A stretch of 42,963 nucleotides of DNA from a virus. Lineage: Duplodnaviria > Heunggongvirae > Uroviricota > Caudoviricetes. Each line of letters begins with the position of its first letter. The stretch's first letter is position 1. Location: positions 1 through 42,963 of IMG/VR virus record IMGVR_UViG_2698536570_000009. One strand, given 5' to 3'. The notes under the pieces were generated by a model. It had not been told where the DNA came from. It worked only from the letters and a program-made list of their open reading frames with translations, and made no database searches. This document shows, piece after piece, positions 33,710-42,963 of this stretch. A program made the translations under genes and the position numbers.

Positions 33710-33988
33710 ATGGCTGAGATTGAACGCGTTAAAACCATTCCATTAACCGTAGCGCTGGATGATGCTGCGGAGAAGACCACTTATACGCAGCTGGAGCTGA
33801 AAGCACCCACGCTAAGCCAGGCTGAGCAGTTTTACGAGAAACAGGCTGCGTCAACGTCGCTCGCGGCGATGCGCCTGCTTATTGCGCTGGTTTCCGGTAC
33901 GCGTGAAAGCGTACTGCAGCCGATGGATTTTCTCGACTTCCGTAAGTGTGAGGAGTATCTGCTCAGTTTTTTGACCTGGAAGCCCTGA
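33710..33988 (+). CDS. tail assembly chaperone (zero-frame product)
   Basis: 92 aa directly upstream of the tape measure gene; contains slippery heptamer T_TTT_TTG about 15 nt before its stop. Confidence 0.55.
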   Translation: MAEIERVKTIPLTVALDDAAEKTTYTQLELKAPTLSQAEQFYEKQAASTSLAAMRLLIALVSGTRESVLQPMDFLDFRKCEEYLLSFLTWKP

Positions 33989-34002
33989 CAACCTGGCAGG
34001 AA

Positions 34003-34137
34003 ATGGCCGCTGACGTCACCTTCTATTTCCGCTGGTCTGAGGACAGGGCGTGGGGAATGACCCGCGCCCGGCTGAAATGGTGGGTGGCGCAGGCATCCCG
34101 GATAAACAAGCTTAGGAAACCTGAAGACGATGAGTAA
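34003..34137 (+). CDS. -1 frame extension ORF of the tail assembly chaperone
   Basis: The -1 frame is open from the slippery site through a 44-codon ORF that overlaps the tape-measure start by 8 nt. Confidence 0.4.
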   Translation: MAADVTFYFRWSEDRAWGMTRARLKWWVAQASRINKLRKPEDDE

Positions 34138-36067
34138 TTCTTTTGATTTTGAGCTGGTGGCCAGCGACCAGGTTAGCGAGGCTATAGACCGCATTAATGA
34201 GGCTGTCCGTGACCTGGAGCCGAAGCTAGATAAAACTAAAGAAGGGCTCAAGTTAGGCGGTCAGGAAACAGCCGACGGACTGAGCGGTTTTATTTCTCGC
34301 CTCGAGAATATGTCGAAGAGCGCGCGGGATAACGTGCAGTTTATTGGCGACATGGTTCCCCCACTGAAAATGGTGGGGGAGCTATCTGGTAAGTTGGGTT
34401 TACTCGGTATTGCTGGTGCTGCAGGGTACGGGCTTAAACAGGTCGCCTACGGTTTTCGCGAAGCGTCCAGGGAAGCGTATAACCTGGACGTTTCATCAAA
34501 AAATGCAGGTATGCGTGTAGGCGATTTTTCCCGTCTTGCTGGAGCTATGCGCATCCTTGGCGCTGATAGTGAAAGTGCAAATGCTTCTATTGGTGGCATG
34601 GCGAAAACGCTGAAAGAAGCCGCCAGTGGCGCGAATGGGCAGGTACTTGGTGCGCTCGCACAGATCGGTGTTCAGATACAGAAAAATAATGATGGTTCTG
34701 TTGATACGCTAAAAACATTACAGGAGATAGCTCGAGTCTTCCCTTCGTTGCGGCCTGAGCAACAAAAGTCCGTAGCCGATGCTCTTGGGATGACGCCAGA
34801 AATGTTGGCGTTAATGCGTGAAGGTGAGCGCATGAAAACGCTGCTGGCTAAATCTGACGAGTTTGGGCTAACAATTGATCCTGAACTTAATAAAGAACTA
34901 AGCGACATCAATGGAACGATGAATGAACTTAGCGCCTCCTGGGATGGGCTGTGGCAACGTTCAAAAAATAAAGCGCTAAAGACATTACTCTCTGATGGAT
35001 CAGTTAAAGATGGGTTGGAAGGTGTTACCGATCTGTTCACTAATGGTGATTTTACTGGGCTGTCTCATGCTCTCGGTTTTATCAACAGCAATGATGCTGA
35101 GAAACTACGGCGCATTCAGAACGATAAGGAACTTTATAACAGCTTACCCCGCAGTGAACGTGGGCAGGTTGACGCGGGTTTCATGACTGATGCTGTAAGA
35201 AAGCGGTACGATGCGAATTACCGCGCGACCGATTCTGCGATTCAATTGCAGAATGACTTATCCGCTATCAGCCAGCCACAATCCAACGTTGCACGCGGCA
35301 ATGTTCCTTACGGGGAAACAAGGAATAACGCAATTGGCTTCAGAAATAATAATCCCGGTAATTTGAGGGTTGCAGCAAACGCAACGGGTAAAAATGGCGG
35401 ATTTTCTACCTTTGCGAATGATGCCGACGGAAGAACTGCAATGGCGAGACAGCTGATGTTGTATGGTGACAGGGGGAATAATACTCTGGATGGGATTATT
35501 CATACCTATGCTCCGCAATCAGAGAATAATACTCGTGCATATATTGACTCCGTCTCAAAAGCCACTGGATATGGAGCCAAAGAGCAAGTAAATCTGCACG
35601 ATCCGGAAACATTAAAAACGATAATGGCAGCCATGATTAAACATGAGAATGGCGCACAACCTTATACTGAGGAACAACTGCTAAACGCCATCCAGACCGC
35701 CATTACTGATGATCGGTGGTCAGGGAAGAGAAATCCGGATGTGCTGGCCCAGCAGCGGTATGACATTATCTCTGGATCACGCGGCGTGGATCAAGAACCC
35801 ACGATACTCAGAACACAACAAGGGAAAAGTGATGCTTTCCCTGACAGTCCGGTGAACGAACAATCCTCTGGAGACGGAATCATTCAGCCAGAGTTGCAGC
35901 GTTCGGGACCAGATAAGACCCTTACCGATAATATTACGCGCTCCTTCATGAGTGCGATGGCTGAGCAAAAATTGAAACTTGAGATCACCATGATCGACGG
36001 GAAGGGAGGGCGAAGGGAATACAGCGCCGAAGATGGCGGAAGAATAACGTTACCCATGTCTTACTGA
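34130..36067 (+). CDS. tail tape measure protein
   Basis: 645 aa; helical Ala/Leu/Gly-rich N-terminal two-thirds; position after chaperone; C-terminal region with distinct motif 'GFRNNNPGNLR'. Confidence 0.8.
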   Translation: MSNSFDFELVASDQVSEAIDRINEAVRDLEPKLDKTKEGLKLGGQETADGLSGFISRLENMSKSARDNVQFIGDMVPPLKMVGELSGKLGLLGIAGAAGYGLKQVAYGFREASREAYNLDVSSKNAGMRVGDFSRLAGAMRILGADSESANASIGGMAKTLKEAASGANGQVLGALAQIGVQIQKNNDGSVDTLKTLQEIARVFPSLRPEQQKSVADALGMTPEMLALMREGERMKTLLAKSDEFGLTIDPELNKELSDINGTMNELSASWDGLWQRSKNKALKTLLSDGSVKDGLEGVTDLFTNGDFTGLSHALGFINSNDAEKLRRIQNDKELYNSLPRSERGQVDAGFMTDAVRKRYDANYRATDSAIQLQNDLSAISQPQSNVARGNVPYGETRNNAIGFRNNNPGNLRVAANATGKNGGFSTFANDADGRTAMARQLMLYGDRGNNTLDGIIHTYAPQSENNTRAYIDSVSKATGYGAKEQVNLHDPETLKTIMAAMIKHENGAQPYTEEQLLNAIQTAITDDRWSGKRNPDVLAQQRYDIISGSRGVDQEPTILRTQQGKSDAFPDSPVNEQSSGDGIIQPELQRSGPDKTLTDNITRSFMSAMAEQKLKLEITMIDGKGGRREYSAEDGGRITLPMSY

Positions 36068-36097
36068 TCATTTTCAACTGTCATTGTATATACGGTA

Positions 36098-36120
36098 ACC
36101 GCCGACATGGCGGTTTTTTT
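36098..36120 (+). terminator. intra-operon rho-independent terminator or attenuator
   Basis: ACCGCC-GACA-TGGCGGT hairpin followed by T7, between tape measure and the next gene. Confidence 0.5.
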
Positions 36121-36135
36121 ATTTCCGGAGGCGTG

Positions 36136-37539
36136 ATGCCGTCAATTATCCAGGACGCAATAACTTCTCTTTTGGGGGGAGATGCCAGCGATGACTGGCA
36201 GGGGCAGTTACGGCCCAGCTCATTCAGAGGCGTGCCATTTGCAATTGTTGCTGAGGAAGGGAGCCACGGTCGACGCCAGGCGGTACATGAATATCCCTAC
36301 CGTGATACAGCCTGGATAGAGGATATCGGGCGAGCAACGCGGCGATTTGTTATTCGCGGTTTCTTGATCCAGAACAGCCAGGTTTACGGCGGCGGCGATG
36401 CTATCACACAGCGCCAGTCACTGATTGAAGCCTGTGAACAAAAAGGTAGCGGTACGCTTGTCCATCCGACACTGGGCGAATTAACGGTTTCCATCCCTGA
36501 GAATGGTTTGCGTATTTCCGGGTCGATGGAGAACGGGCGAGTATTTGAATTTACCCTGATGGCAATTGAATCAGGGCTTAAAGTGTTTGCTGTCACGGGC
36601 AGTACCGTTGCAGGCGCCACGGTGAAAACCAACTATCTGAAACTGGTCAGCACTGCTGTGCTGAGCACGATTGCCAGGGTTAAGAGTGAAATCCGCGGTG
36701 TCACACAGGCTATAAACACCATCAGAGGCACGGTCACGTTCTGGACTAACATGGTTGACAGCACCATCAGTCAGGTCACGAATCTCAGCAATGTCCTGAA
36801 CTCCACGTTCGGGAATACCCGGTACGGACGTTACAGTAAAGGCTCTGTGGGCGGTAGTTCCTCTGCTGTTGCTGGCAAATCGTCAGTTGCTGATGTGGAT
36901 GATGAGAGAGCACTGGCTGACAAGGTAACAGCCCAGTCGGTAATGGACCGGAAAAATGTTACCGACAGGTCGAGCCAGCTTAGCAGCTCCAACACACCTG
37001 ATGAGTTTGTCCAGGGCGTCGCCGACGTGGTAAACGCAATTCTTAACAGCGCCGGCAGCGTTAATGACCGAATCACAGCGCTGGAAAAACTGGCTAATTC
37101 AATCAGCACGGAGTACCAGCAGTCCGACAGCAGCAAAGCGATTTCGGCGACCATGAACACGCTGATTGTTGTGCTATGTACTGGTGCCATGACCAGTGCC
37201 GCTGCGGACTCCAGACCAGCCAGTACAGACGAGGCAGAAGAGTTAACTCAACGAGTTTCTGTGCAACTTGATACGGCGCTGGTTCTGGCTGGAGACCGCG
37301 CGGACGATGATATGTATAACGCGCTTCTCGCCGTCAGATCGGCATTCCTTTCTACGATGAGTGAGCGTGCTTCTGGTCTGAGCGAGATTCTGCAGGTTAC
37401 TACCGCTCAGCCGCTTCCGGCGCTGACGCTGGCAAACCGATTATACCAGGATGCCACCCGTGCAGATGAACTGGTACAGGAAGCGCGCGTACCGCATCCG
37501 GCGTTTATGCCGACAACCATGAAGGTACTGAGGCAATGA
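36136..37539 (+). CDS. DNA circulation protein (Mu gpN-like)
   Basis: 467 aa; SD GGAGG; order after tape measure as in Mu. Confidence 0.75.
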   Translation: MPSIIQDAITSLLGGDASDDWQGQLRPSSFRGVPFAIVAEEGSHGRRQAVHEYPYRDTAWIEDIGRATRRFVIRGFLIQNSQVYGGGDAITQRQSLIEACEQKGSGTLVHPTLGELTVSIPENGLRISGSMENGRVFEFTLMAIESGLKVFAVTGSTVAGATVKTNYLKLVSTAVLSTIARVKSEIRGVTQAINTIRGTVTFWTNMVDSTISQVTNLSNVLNSTFGNTRYGRYSKGSVGGSSSAVAGKSSVADVDDERALADKVTAQSVMDRKNVTDRSSQLSSSNTPDEFVQGVADVVNAILNSAGSVNDRITALEKLANSISTEYQQSDSSKAISATMNTLIVVLCTGAMTSAAADSRPASTDEAEELTQRVSVQLDTALVLAGDRADDDMYNALLAVRSAFLSTMSERASGLSEILQVTTAQPLPALTLANRLYQDATRADELVQEARVPHPAFMPTTMKVLRQ

Positions 37540-38621
37540 ATGCAGACAGCGATCTGGATGTTGTTTCTTTGACGGTCGACGGCAAAATCATCGAGGGGTG
37601 GGATTCTGTCCGGGTAACGCGGGGTATTGAGCGTTTTCCCTCTGATTTCGATCTTGGGCTAATGGATTACTTCCCTGGCAACGAAGATCTTCAACTCGTT
37701 GAAGAGGGAATGTCTTGTGAAGTTCGTATCGGAGATGATCTGACACTGACGGGATATGTTGATGACTGGGAACCAGCGATATCACGCTCTCGGCATGAAG
37801 TAAGAGCCACGGGGCGCAGTAAATGTCAGGACCTTGTGGATTGTTCTGCGGAGTGGCCCAATAACGTTATTAATGCCAGTAATGCGCTTGAAATTGCTCA
37901 GCGCCTGGCATCGTACTATGACATTCAGGTTTCGACTGATGTCGATGACTTGATTAAGGTACCTCAATTCACAATTAACTGGGGTGAATCACCACAGGAA
38001 ATTATTGAAAGGGTGGCCCGTTGGTCAGCATTGCTCTATTACGACCAGCCTGATGGAAATTTGCTTCTGACTCGTGTTGGTACACGACGGGCCGCAAGCG
38101 GTATTGCAGAAGGCGTAAATGTTGAACAGGCATACTATCGTAGGTCAATGGCGGATCGGTTCTCGGACTATGTTGGCGTGTCTATGGGAATATCACCGAT
38201 AGCCGGATTTTCACCTGATACAGCATATGACGCGGTAACGCTGGCGACGGCAAGGGACCCTGAAGCTGCCAAAATGCGTTATAGAAAGCATATTTCTATT
38301 ATCGAAAGTACGTTGATGGCCTCGCATCAGGCACAGCGTGCAATAGATTGGGAAATGAATCGTCGATATGGCCGCTCAAAACAATTATCTGTAACCATCG
38401 ACTCCTGGCGGGACAGGGATGGGAAACTTTGGGAGCCCAATACTCTGATCCCGGTTGACCTTCCAACACTGCAACTTCCTGATACTGAATTACTCATTGC
38501 TGAAGTCACTTATATGCGAGACGACAACGGCACACATGCGCGTCTATCGCTGATGCCGCCGGAAGCTTTCGCCGTTCAGCCATATGCCTTCTACCAGAAC
38601 CTGGCGGGATTCAATACATGA
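37536..38621 (+). CDS. baseplate hub protein (Mu gpP-like)
   Basis: 361 aa; ATGA-coupled; Mu order. Confidence 0.7.
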   Translation: MNADSDLDVVSLTVDGKIIEGWDSVRVTRGIERFPSDFDLGLMDYFPGNEDLQLVEEGMSCEVRIGDDLTLTGYVDDWEPAISRSRHEVRATGRSKCQDLVDCSAEWPNNVINASNALEIAQRLASYYDIQVSTDVDDLIKVPQFTINWGESPQEIIERVARWSALLYYDQPDGNLLLTRVGTRRAASGIAEGVNVEQAYYRRSMADRFSDYVGVSMGISPIAGFSPDTAYDAVTLATARDPEAAKMRYRKHISIIESTLMASHQAQRAIDWEMNRRYGRSKQLSVTIDSWRDRDGKLWEPNTLIPVDLPTLQLPDTELLIAEVTYMRDDNGTHARLSLMPPEAFAVQPYAFYQNLAGFNT

Positions 38622-39202
38622 AGAAACTATTTAAACATGCAGCGACTAGGATCGCCGGCATGCTGGGGATTGGCCGGATCACGGCTATGAAAGATGGTGG
38701 GGTGGTGCAGTCAATCCAGTACCAGACTCCGCTGGAGGTGGCCAGCGCACCGCGGATGGCTGAATTTGGCTTTTCATCCGGCCTGCCGTCAGGGACTGAC
38801 GTGGTTCTGGCTTTTATTGGCGGTGATCGTTCCAGCGCGGTGGTAATTGCGTCCAACCATCAGGGGTTCCGTCATACAGGCCTGAAAGCGGGCGAAACGG
38901 TCATGTATAACCAGTGGGGCCTTAATATTCTCCTGACGGAGAAGGGGATCTTCCTGGATGCAAAGGGCCAGAATGTTGAGGTCAATAACGCCACTAACGT
39001 GACCATCAATGCCAGCCAGGGGATCCTTGCAAATACCCCGATCCTGAGGTGCACGGGTGACATTGTTGATAACTGTGAAACCAATACCCGAACACTGAAA
39101 GAGCTGCGGGATGCACATAATGACCATGATCATGTGGTTAAAAATGCCCAGAGTGGCAATGACAATATCCGCAGCCAAAAAACAGAGGATCAGGTGACAT
39201 GA
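38618..39202 (+). CDS. baseplate spike / assembly protein V-like (Mu gp45-like)
   Basis: 194 aa; C-terminal His-rich 'AHNDHDH' typical of spike apex regions. Confidence 0.65.
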   Translation: MKKLFKHAATRIAGMLGIGRITAMKDGGVVQSIQYQTPLEVASAPRMAEFGFSSGLPSGTDVVLAFIGGDRSSAVVIASNHQGFRHTGLKAGETVMYNQWGLNILLTEKGIFLDAKGQNVEVNNATNVTINASQGILANTPILRCTGDIVDNCETNTRTLKELRDAHNDHDHVVKNAQSGNDNIRSQKTEDQVT

Positions 39203-39636
39203 GTGACATCGCTTCATTCTGGAATGTGGATGAGATGTTTGCTGACTGGCAGAAAGGGCTGGGTGAACTCACCACGGGGAACGATTTACAGACTGCAATA
39301 CTGGACAGCCTGTTTACCGACAGGCTGGCGCGCGCTGACGATGATTATGAAGATAGCGATCGCCGCGGCTGGTGGGGGGATTCCGGGGAGGAATCCCAAC
39401 TGGGATCCCGGCTGTGGCTGCTACGGCGGAAAAAACTGACCCCGGATGTAGCAAAAAAAGCGGAGGAATACTCGAGTGAAGCGCTCAACTGGTTAAAGGT
39501 TGATGGCGTTGTCAGCGAGGTTATTCCTGTTGCAAGGATCGTCCTGCCTGACCGGCTCAATCTCATTATCCGCTATCAGGCACCGGGGAAGGACTGGCAG
39601 GAATTCAGGTTTTACTGGATATGGGAGCAACGTTAA
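39199..39636 (+). CDS. baseplate protein (Mu gp46-like)
   Basis: 145 aa; ATGA-coupled; Mu order. Confidence 0.6.
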   Translation: MSDIASFWNVDEMFADWQKGLGELTTGNDLQTAILDSLFTDRLARADDDYEDSDRRGWWGDSGEESQLGSRLWLLRRKKLTPDVAKKAEEYSSEALNWLKVDGVVSEVIPVARIVLPDRLNLIIRYQAPGKDWQEFRFYWIWEQR

Positions 39637-39637
39637 T

Positions 39638-40780
39638 ATGCCGTTTAAACGACCGACGCTGAGCGAACTCCGCGACGGAAACCGGAAATTTATGCAGGCG
39701 GAGCTTGAGGATGTTGGTGCGCTCCTGCGCTTCGCGAACCTGAAGGTACTGGCTGACATGGATGCGGGGATGGGGCATCTGCATTACGCCTACCTTGACT
39801 ATATTGCCCTGCAGACAAACCCGTTTACCTCTACCGATGAGTATCTCGCCGGGTGGATGGCCCTTAAGCAGGTATTCAGAAAACCAGCTGCAGCGGCGAA
39901 GTCGCCTGCGGTACAGGCTAGTGGCAGTGTTGACTGTATTATCCCTGTTGGCTCGATCATTAACCGCGGGGACGGATACCAGTACCGGACGGATGCAGAT
40001 CTTAAAATTCAGGCAGATGGATTTGGTATCGTCGCGGTGACGGCCATACTGCCGGATATTACCAGTGATGTAACGGGTGGAGGCGCGCGCGGTAACGCTG
40101 ATGCCGGGACCATAATGACCCTGGACGCGAATATTGCTGGCGTGGATCCACAGGTAACGTTACTGTCCGCTGCGACCGGCGGAGCCGATATTGAAACGGA
40201 AGAGGATTTTCGCAGTCGTGGCTTGCTGGCATGGCAGAATCCGCCTCAGGGTGGAAGCGACGCCGATTATAAAAAATGGGCGCTTGAGGTTTCGGGCGTC
40301 ACCCGCGCGTGGGTAAAGCGGCGTCTGAACGGGGCCGGGACCGTTGGCGTGTATATCATGTGTGATCGGAATGACAATGGTGGGTTTCCGGTCGGTACCG
40401 ACGGAATATCCCAACTTGAGGACTGGGGGGCTGTTAAAGCCACCGGAGACCAGCTCGCTGTCGCCGACCACATCTATCCGCAGCAGACAGACACTGCCAT
40501 TGTTTTCGTATGTTCCCCGATCAAGAAAGTCATCAATATTGAAATCTCTGGGATCAAAAATGCCGACAGCACCACAGTTCAGGGGATAAAAGACGCGCTG
40601 ACGGCGCTGTTTTTTGATGAAGCTAACCCTGATGGTTCCGGGAAAGTTTACCTCTCTGATATTAACGGGAGTATCGGCGGTGTTAGCGGCACGACGGGCT
40701 ATATTCTTAACTCTCCGACGGCCAATATCACCTTTGCTGTTGGCGAAATTCCGGTGCTTGGCGGGGTGAATTTTGTATGA
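39638..40780 (+). CDS. baseplate J-like protein (Mu gp47-like)
   Basis: 380 aa from ATG 39638 (1 nt after the previous stop). Confidence 0.75.
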   Translation: MPFKRPTLSELRDGNRKFMQAELEDVGALLRFANLKVLADMDAGMGHLHYAYLDYIALQTNPFTSTDEYLAGWMALKQVFRKPAAAAKSPAVQASGSVDCIIPVGSIINRGDGYQYRTDADLKIQADGFGIVAVTAILPDITSDVTGGGARGNADAGTIMTLDANIAGVDPQVTLLSAATGGADIETEEDFRSRGLLAWQNPPQGGSDADYKKWALEVSGVTRAWVKRRLNGAGTVGVYIMCDRNDNGGFPVGTDGISQLEDWGAVKATGDQLAVADHIYPQQTDTAIVFVCSPIKKVINIEISGIKNADSTTVQGIKDALTALFFDEANPDGSGKVYLSDINGSIGGVSGTTGYILNSPTANITFAVGEIPVLGGVNFV

Positions 40781-41370
40781 GCCTCTTTTCAAAAAATGAT
40801 TATGCCGGTGCGCTTGGTGCGCTGCTACCGACGGGCAGGGCGTGGCCCCGGTCGCAAAGAACGGTACAGGCTGCGGTATTACGGGCACTGGGCAGCGCGT
40901 TTCAGCGTTCTGACAACGATGCGCAAAGCCTGATTACTGGTGCTTTTCCCCCTACAGCGACGGTAATGTTGTCAGAATGGGAAAGCTCTCTGGGGTTACC
41001 AGATGATTGTGCGATTGGTGAATCCGGTGGCGTCAGCGATCGCCAGCGCGCCGTGGTGGCAAAGTTAATCAGCACCGGCGGCCTGAACCGCGATTATTAC
41101 ATCCGGGTGGCTGCAGCTCTTGGTTATACCATCACTATCACACAGTTCCGGCCCGCTATGAGTGGCATGTCAGTATGCGGTGATGCGCTTAACGGTGACG
41201 AGTGGCCATTTACCTGGCGGATAAATGCGCCACAAACAACGATCAAGTATTCGCTTGCTGGCGCGTCCTACTGCGGAGATCCGCTCGCATCGTGGGGCAA
41301 TAAACAACTGGAGTGTTCAATCAACAAAATTGCCCCATCCCATCTGAACATCATTTTCAATTATTCATAA
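40777..41370 (+). CDS. tail protein (Mu gp48 / YmfQ-like)
   Basis: 197 aa; N-terminal 'LLPTGRAWPR' block I recall from YmfQ-type proteins upstream of tail fibers. Confidence 0.6.
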   Translation: MSLFSKNDYAGALGALLPTGRAWPRSQRTVQAAVLRALGSAFQRSDNDAQSLITGAFPPTATVMLSEWESSLGLPDDCAIGESGGVSDRQRAVVAKLISTGGLNRDYYIRVAAALGYTITITQFRPAMSGMSVCGDALNGDEWPFTWRINAPQTTIKYSLAGASYCGDPLASWGNKQLECSINKIAPSHLNIIFNYS

Positions 41371-41421
41371 CTGATATTTCCCCCTCTGATTTTATCGCTT
41401 AACACTAAGTGAGGATTAACT

Positions 41422-42522
41422 ATGCTCCGAATCGGGCAAGTCGAAGCCACTGCAACGCAGGATGGCAAATATACTGATGGAAGTGTTGCTGGTGGTATTG
41501 CCGCAACGAGGCTGCGGGCAGCAGCGTTTAATGCCATGCAGGAAGAGTTAGCGCATATCGTAGAGTCAGCAGGATTGGCGCTCGACATTAACGATATGAC
41601 TCAGGTTTTAAAAGCCATTCAAAAACTCACACTGAGCCGTGCAAACCCATTTGCCGATATCAAATCAGATGGTGCAGCGGCGATTTCTACGGCTCTCACA
41701 AACCTTGGTCTTATAGAAGCGCTAAAAAACAAACAACCCCTCAGCGATACGCTGACAAAACTTTCCACGCTGGGGCCGCAAACTAACGCTGATCAGGTTC
41801 TGTTTTTTTCTGGTAAAAATGTTCCGGCAGTATCAGCGCTGACGCTCGCTGGCCGTCAATTTATCAGTAAAGAAAATGTTCCTGATATGCTTCAGTATCT
41901 GACACTGGGGGACGGCTCAGGACGTTTACTTGGAGTGCAGGTATTCGGTACTTCGGGGATGTACTACAAATCGCCGGGCGTAAAAAAAATTATTGTGGAA
42001 GCCGTTGGCGGTGGTGGTGCCAGTGGCAATTTATCAGCAACAGCCCAAAATAACTGTGGCGTCAGCCCAGCTGGTTCTCCTGGAGCCTACGGGAAGGCTT
42101 TTTATTACCAGAATATACCGGAGTCTGTACCTGTAACGATTGGCTCCGGTGGTGTTGGTGGTGCGGGGTCAGGTGGTTCAGGTGGTGATGGCGGTCAGAC
42201 AAGTTTTGGTTCATTACTAGTTTGTCCTGGCGGAAAAGGCTCACAACAACGTCAGCAGGTTCCTCCGTTCTCGGGTGGAAGTGCCACCGAAGCCTCACCA
42301 CCAACAGGGTCCGGAATTCTGTTTCACTCTGTTTCACGATCAAATTTATGTGGGACACTTGGACTTGGTGATGATCAGGCGATTGGCATTGAAAGCACCA
42401 TAACAACGAATCTCGGGATATATGGGACAGGTGGGACAGGGAAATACAATCCAGCAAACAGTGGACCGTCAAGAGGCAATGACGGTTCTCAGGGTTATAT
42501 TATTGTGTGGGAGTATCAGTGA
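41422..42522 (+). CDS. tail fiber protein with Gly-rich C-terminal domain
   Basis: Conserved fiber N-terminus 'MLRIGQVEATATQDGKYTDGSVAGG'; C-terminal glycine-rich repeats 'GGGGASG...SGGVGGAGSGGSGGDGG'. Confidence 0.75.
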   Translation: MLRIGQVEATATQDGKYTDGSVAGGIAATRLRAAAFNAMQEELAHIVESAGLALDINDMTQVLKAIQKLTLSRANPFADIKSDGAAAISTALTNLGLIEALKNKQPLSDTLTKLSTLGPQTNADQVLFFSGKNVPAVSALTLAGRQFISKENVPDMLQYLTLGDGSGRLLGVQVFGTSGMYYKSPGVKKIIVEAVGGGGASGNLSATAQNNCGVSPAGSPGAYGKAFYYQNIPESVPVTIGSGGVGGAGSGGSGGDGGQTSFGSLLVCPGGKGSQQRQQVPPFSGGSATEASPPTGSGILFHSVSRSNLCGTLGLGDDQAIGIESTITTNLGIYGTGGTGKYNPANSGPSRGNDGSQGYIIVWEYQ

Positions 42523-42734
42523 TGAATAAAAATCAAATTTATGCGGTTGTAAATAATGGTGTTGTCGTCAATATCGCCGTGTGGGATGGGGAATATGAGT
42601 GGAAGCCAACGGATGGCATTGCTGTACTGGCTGAAGGAGGTGTTGGTATCGGCTGGTTATATGATGGTGAAAAATTCATTAAGCCTTCCTTAAAACAAGA
42701 CGACGTTATACTTACTGAGGGGAGAGCCAGTTAA
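42522..42734 (+). CDS. small protein downstream of tail fiber (70 aa), possible fiber accessory protein
   Basis: ATG overlaps the fiber stop; too short for a typical Tfa chaperone; followed by a terminator. Confidence 0.4.
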   Translation: MNKNQIYAVVNNGVVVNIAVWDGEYEWKPTDGIAVLAEGGVGIGWLYDGEKFIKPSLKQDDVILTEGRAS

Positions 42735-42747
42735 TACACAGAGTGCC

Positions 42748-42775
42748 GGAGGGGGCAAACACCCTCCCATCTTTT
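42748..42775 (+). terminator. rho-independent terminator (moderate)
   Basis: GGAGGG - loop - CCCTCC hairpin followed by ATCTTTT. Confidence 0.45.
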
Positions 42776-42924
42776 AATTTCTGCATAAAAAACAAATAAA
42801 TATGTAATAACTTAACGTTTCTATAACTATAGTTAGTAATAAAATAATGATGACTTTTTGATGCGTTTAGAGATAAGATAATTACACATTTTTCTTCGAG
42901 TTTCTGAGGAGTTAAGTTGAAATG

Positions 42925-42963
42925 AAGCCCTGCAAAGCCCTGCAAAGCCCTGCAAAGCCCTGC
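42925..42963 (+). repeat. tandem decamer repeat (AAGCCCTGCA, about 3.9 copies) immediately after a start codon; truncated by window end
   Basis: ATG at 42922 preceded by SD GAGGAG (about 10-nt spacing); repeats continue to the last base of the window. Confidence 0.8.

Noticed and set aside
40160-40888. 242-aa minus-strand ORF
   Set aside because: Antisense to the baseplate J-like gene, which sits in a tightly coupled operon.

Overview
The window holds one host-like gene (a LacY-family MFS sugar permease, 1..1248) followed by about 41 kb of a mosaic lambdoid prophage, all read from sequence and ORF translations (no searches were run). Early left arm on the minus strand: AlpA/Xis-like regulator, TraR-like zinc finger, lambda-type exonuclease, an HNH-like endonuclease wedged between exo and the RecT/Bet recombinase, a repetitive coiled-coil protein and a two-helix membrane protein. 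Immunity region: LexA-like cI repressor (minus) facing cro-cII (plus), with five to six ACAG-N6-CTGT operator half-palindromes split between OL and OR and a bidirectional terminator. Replication and nin region: O with internal iterons plus an A-rich tract, a DnaC-like loader, several unrecognised nin genes, a 50-N assembly gap, NinB and RusA. Late region: a chimeric ORF (Q-like N-terminus fused to a helicase C-terminal fragment) followed by an intact Q, a short pR'/tR' unit, an AT-rich convergent moron, two tRNA-like genes, holin/lysozyme/Rz/Rz1, a TGTCCCA repeat array ahead of terminase, lambda-type head genes, then a Mu-type contractile tail module (sheath, tube, chaperone with a T_TTT_TTG -1 frameshift site, tape measure, baseplate, tail fiber). 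No intact integrase is present in the window. I could not identify a single large novel multi-gene system; the strongest candidates for something new are the Q-helicase chimera, the AT-rich morons (18908..19528, 21434..21838, 42776..end) and the unresolved antisense ORF pair in the N position. Coordinates of small non-ORF features are anchored to ORF boundaries and may be off by 1-2 nt.
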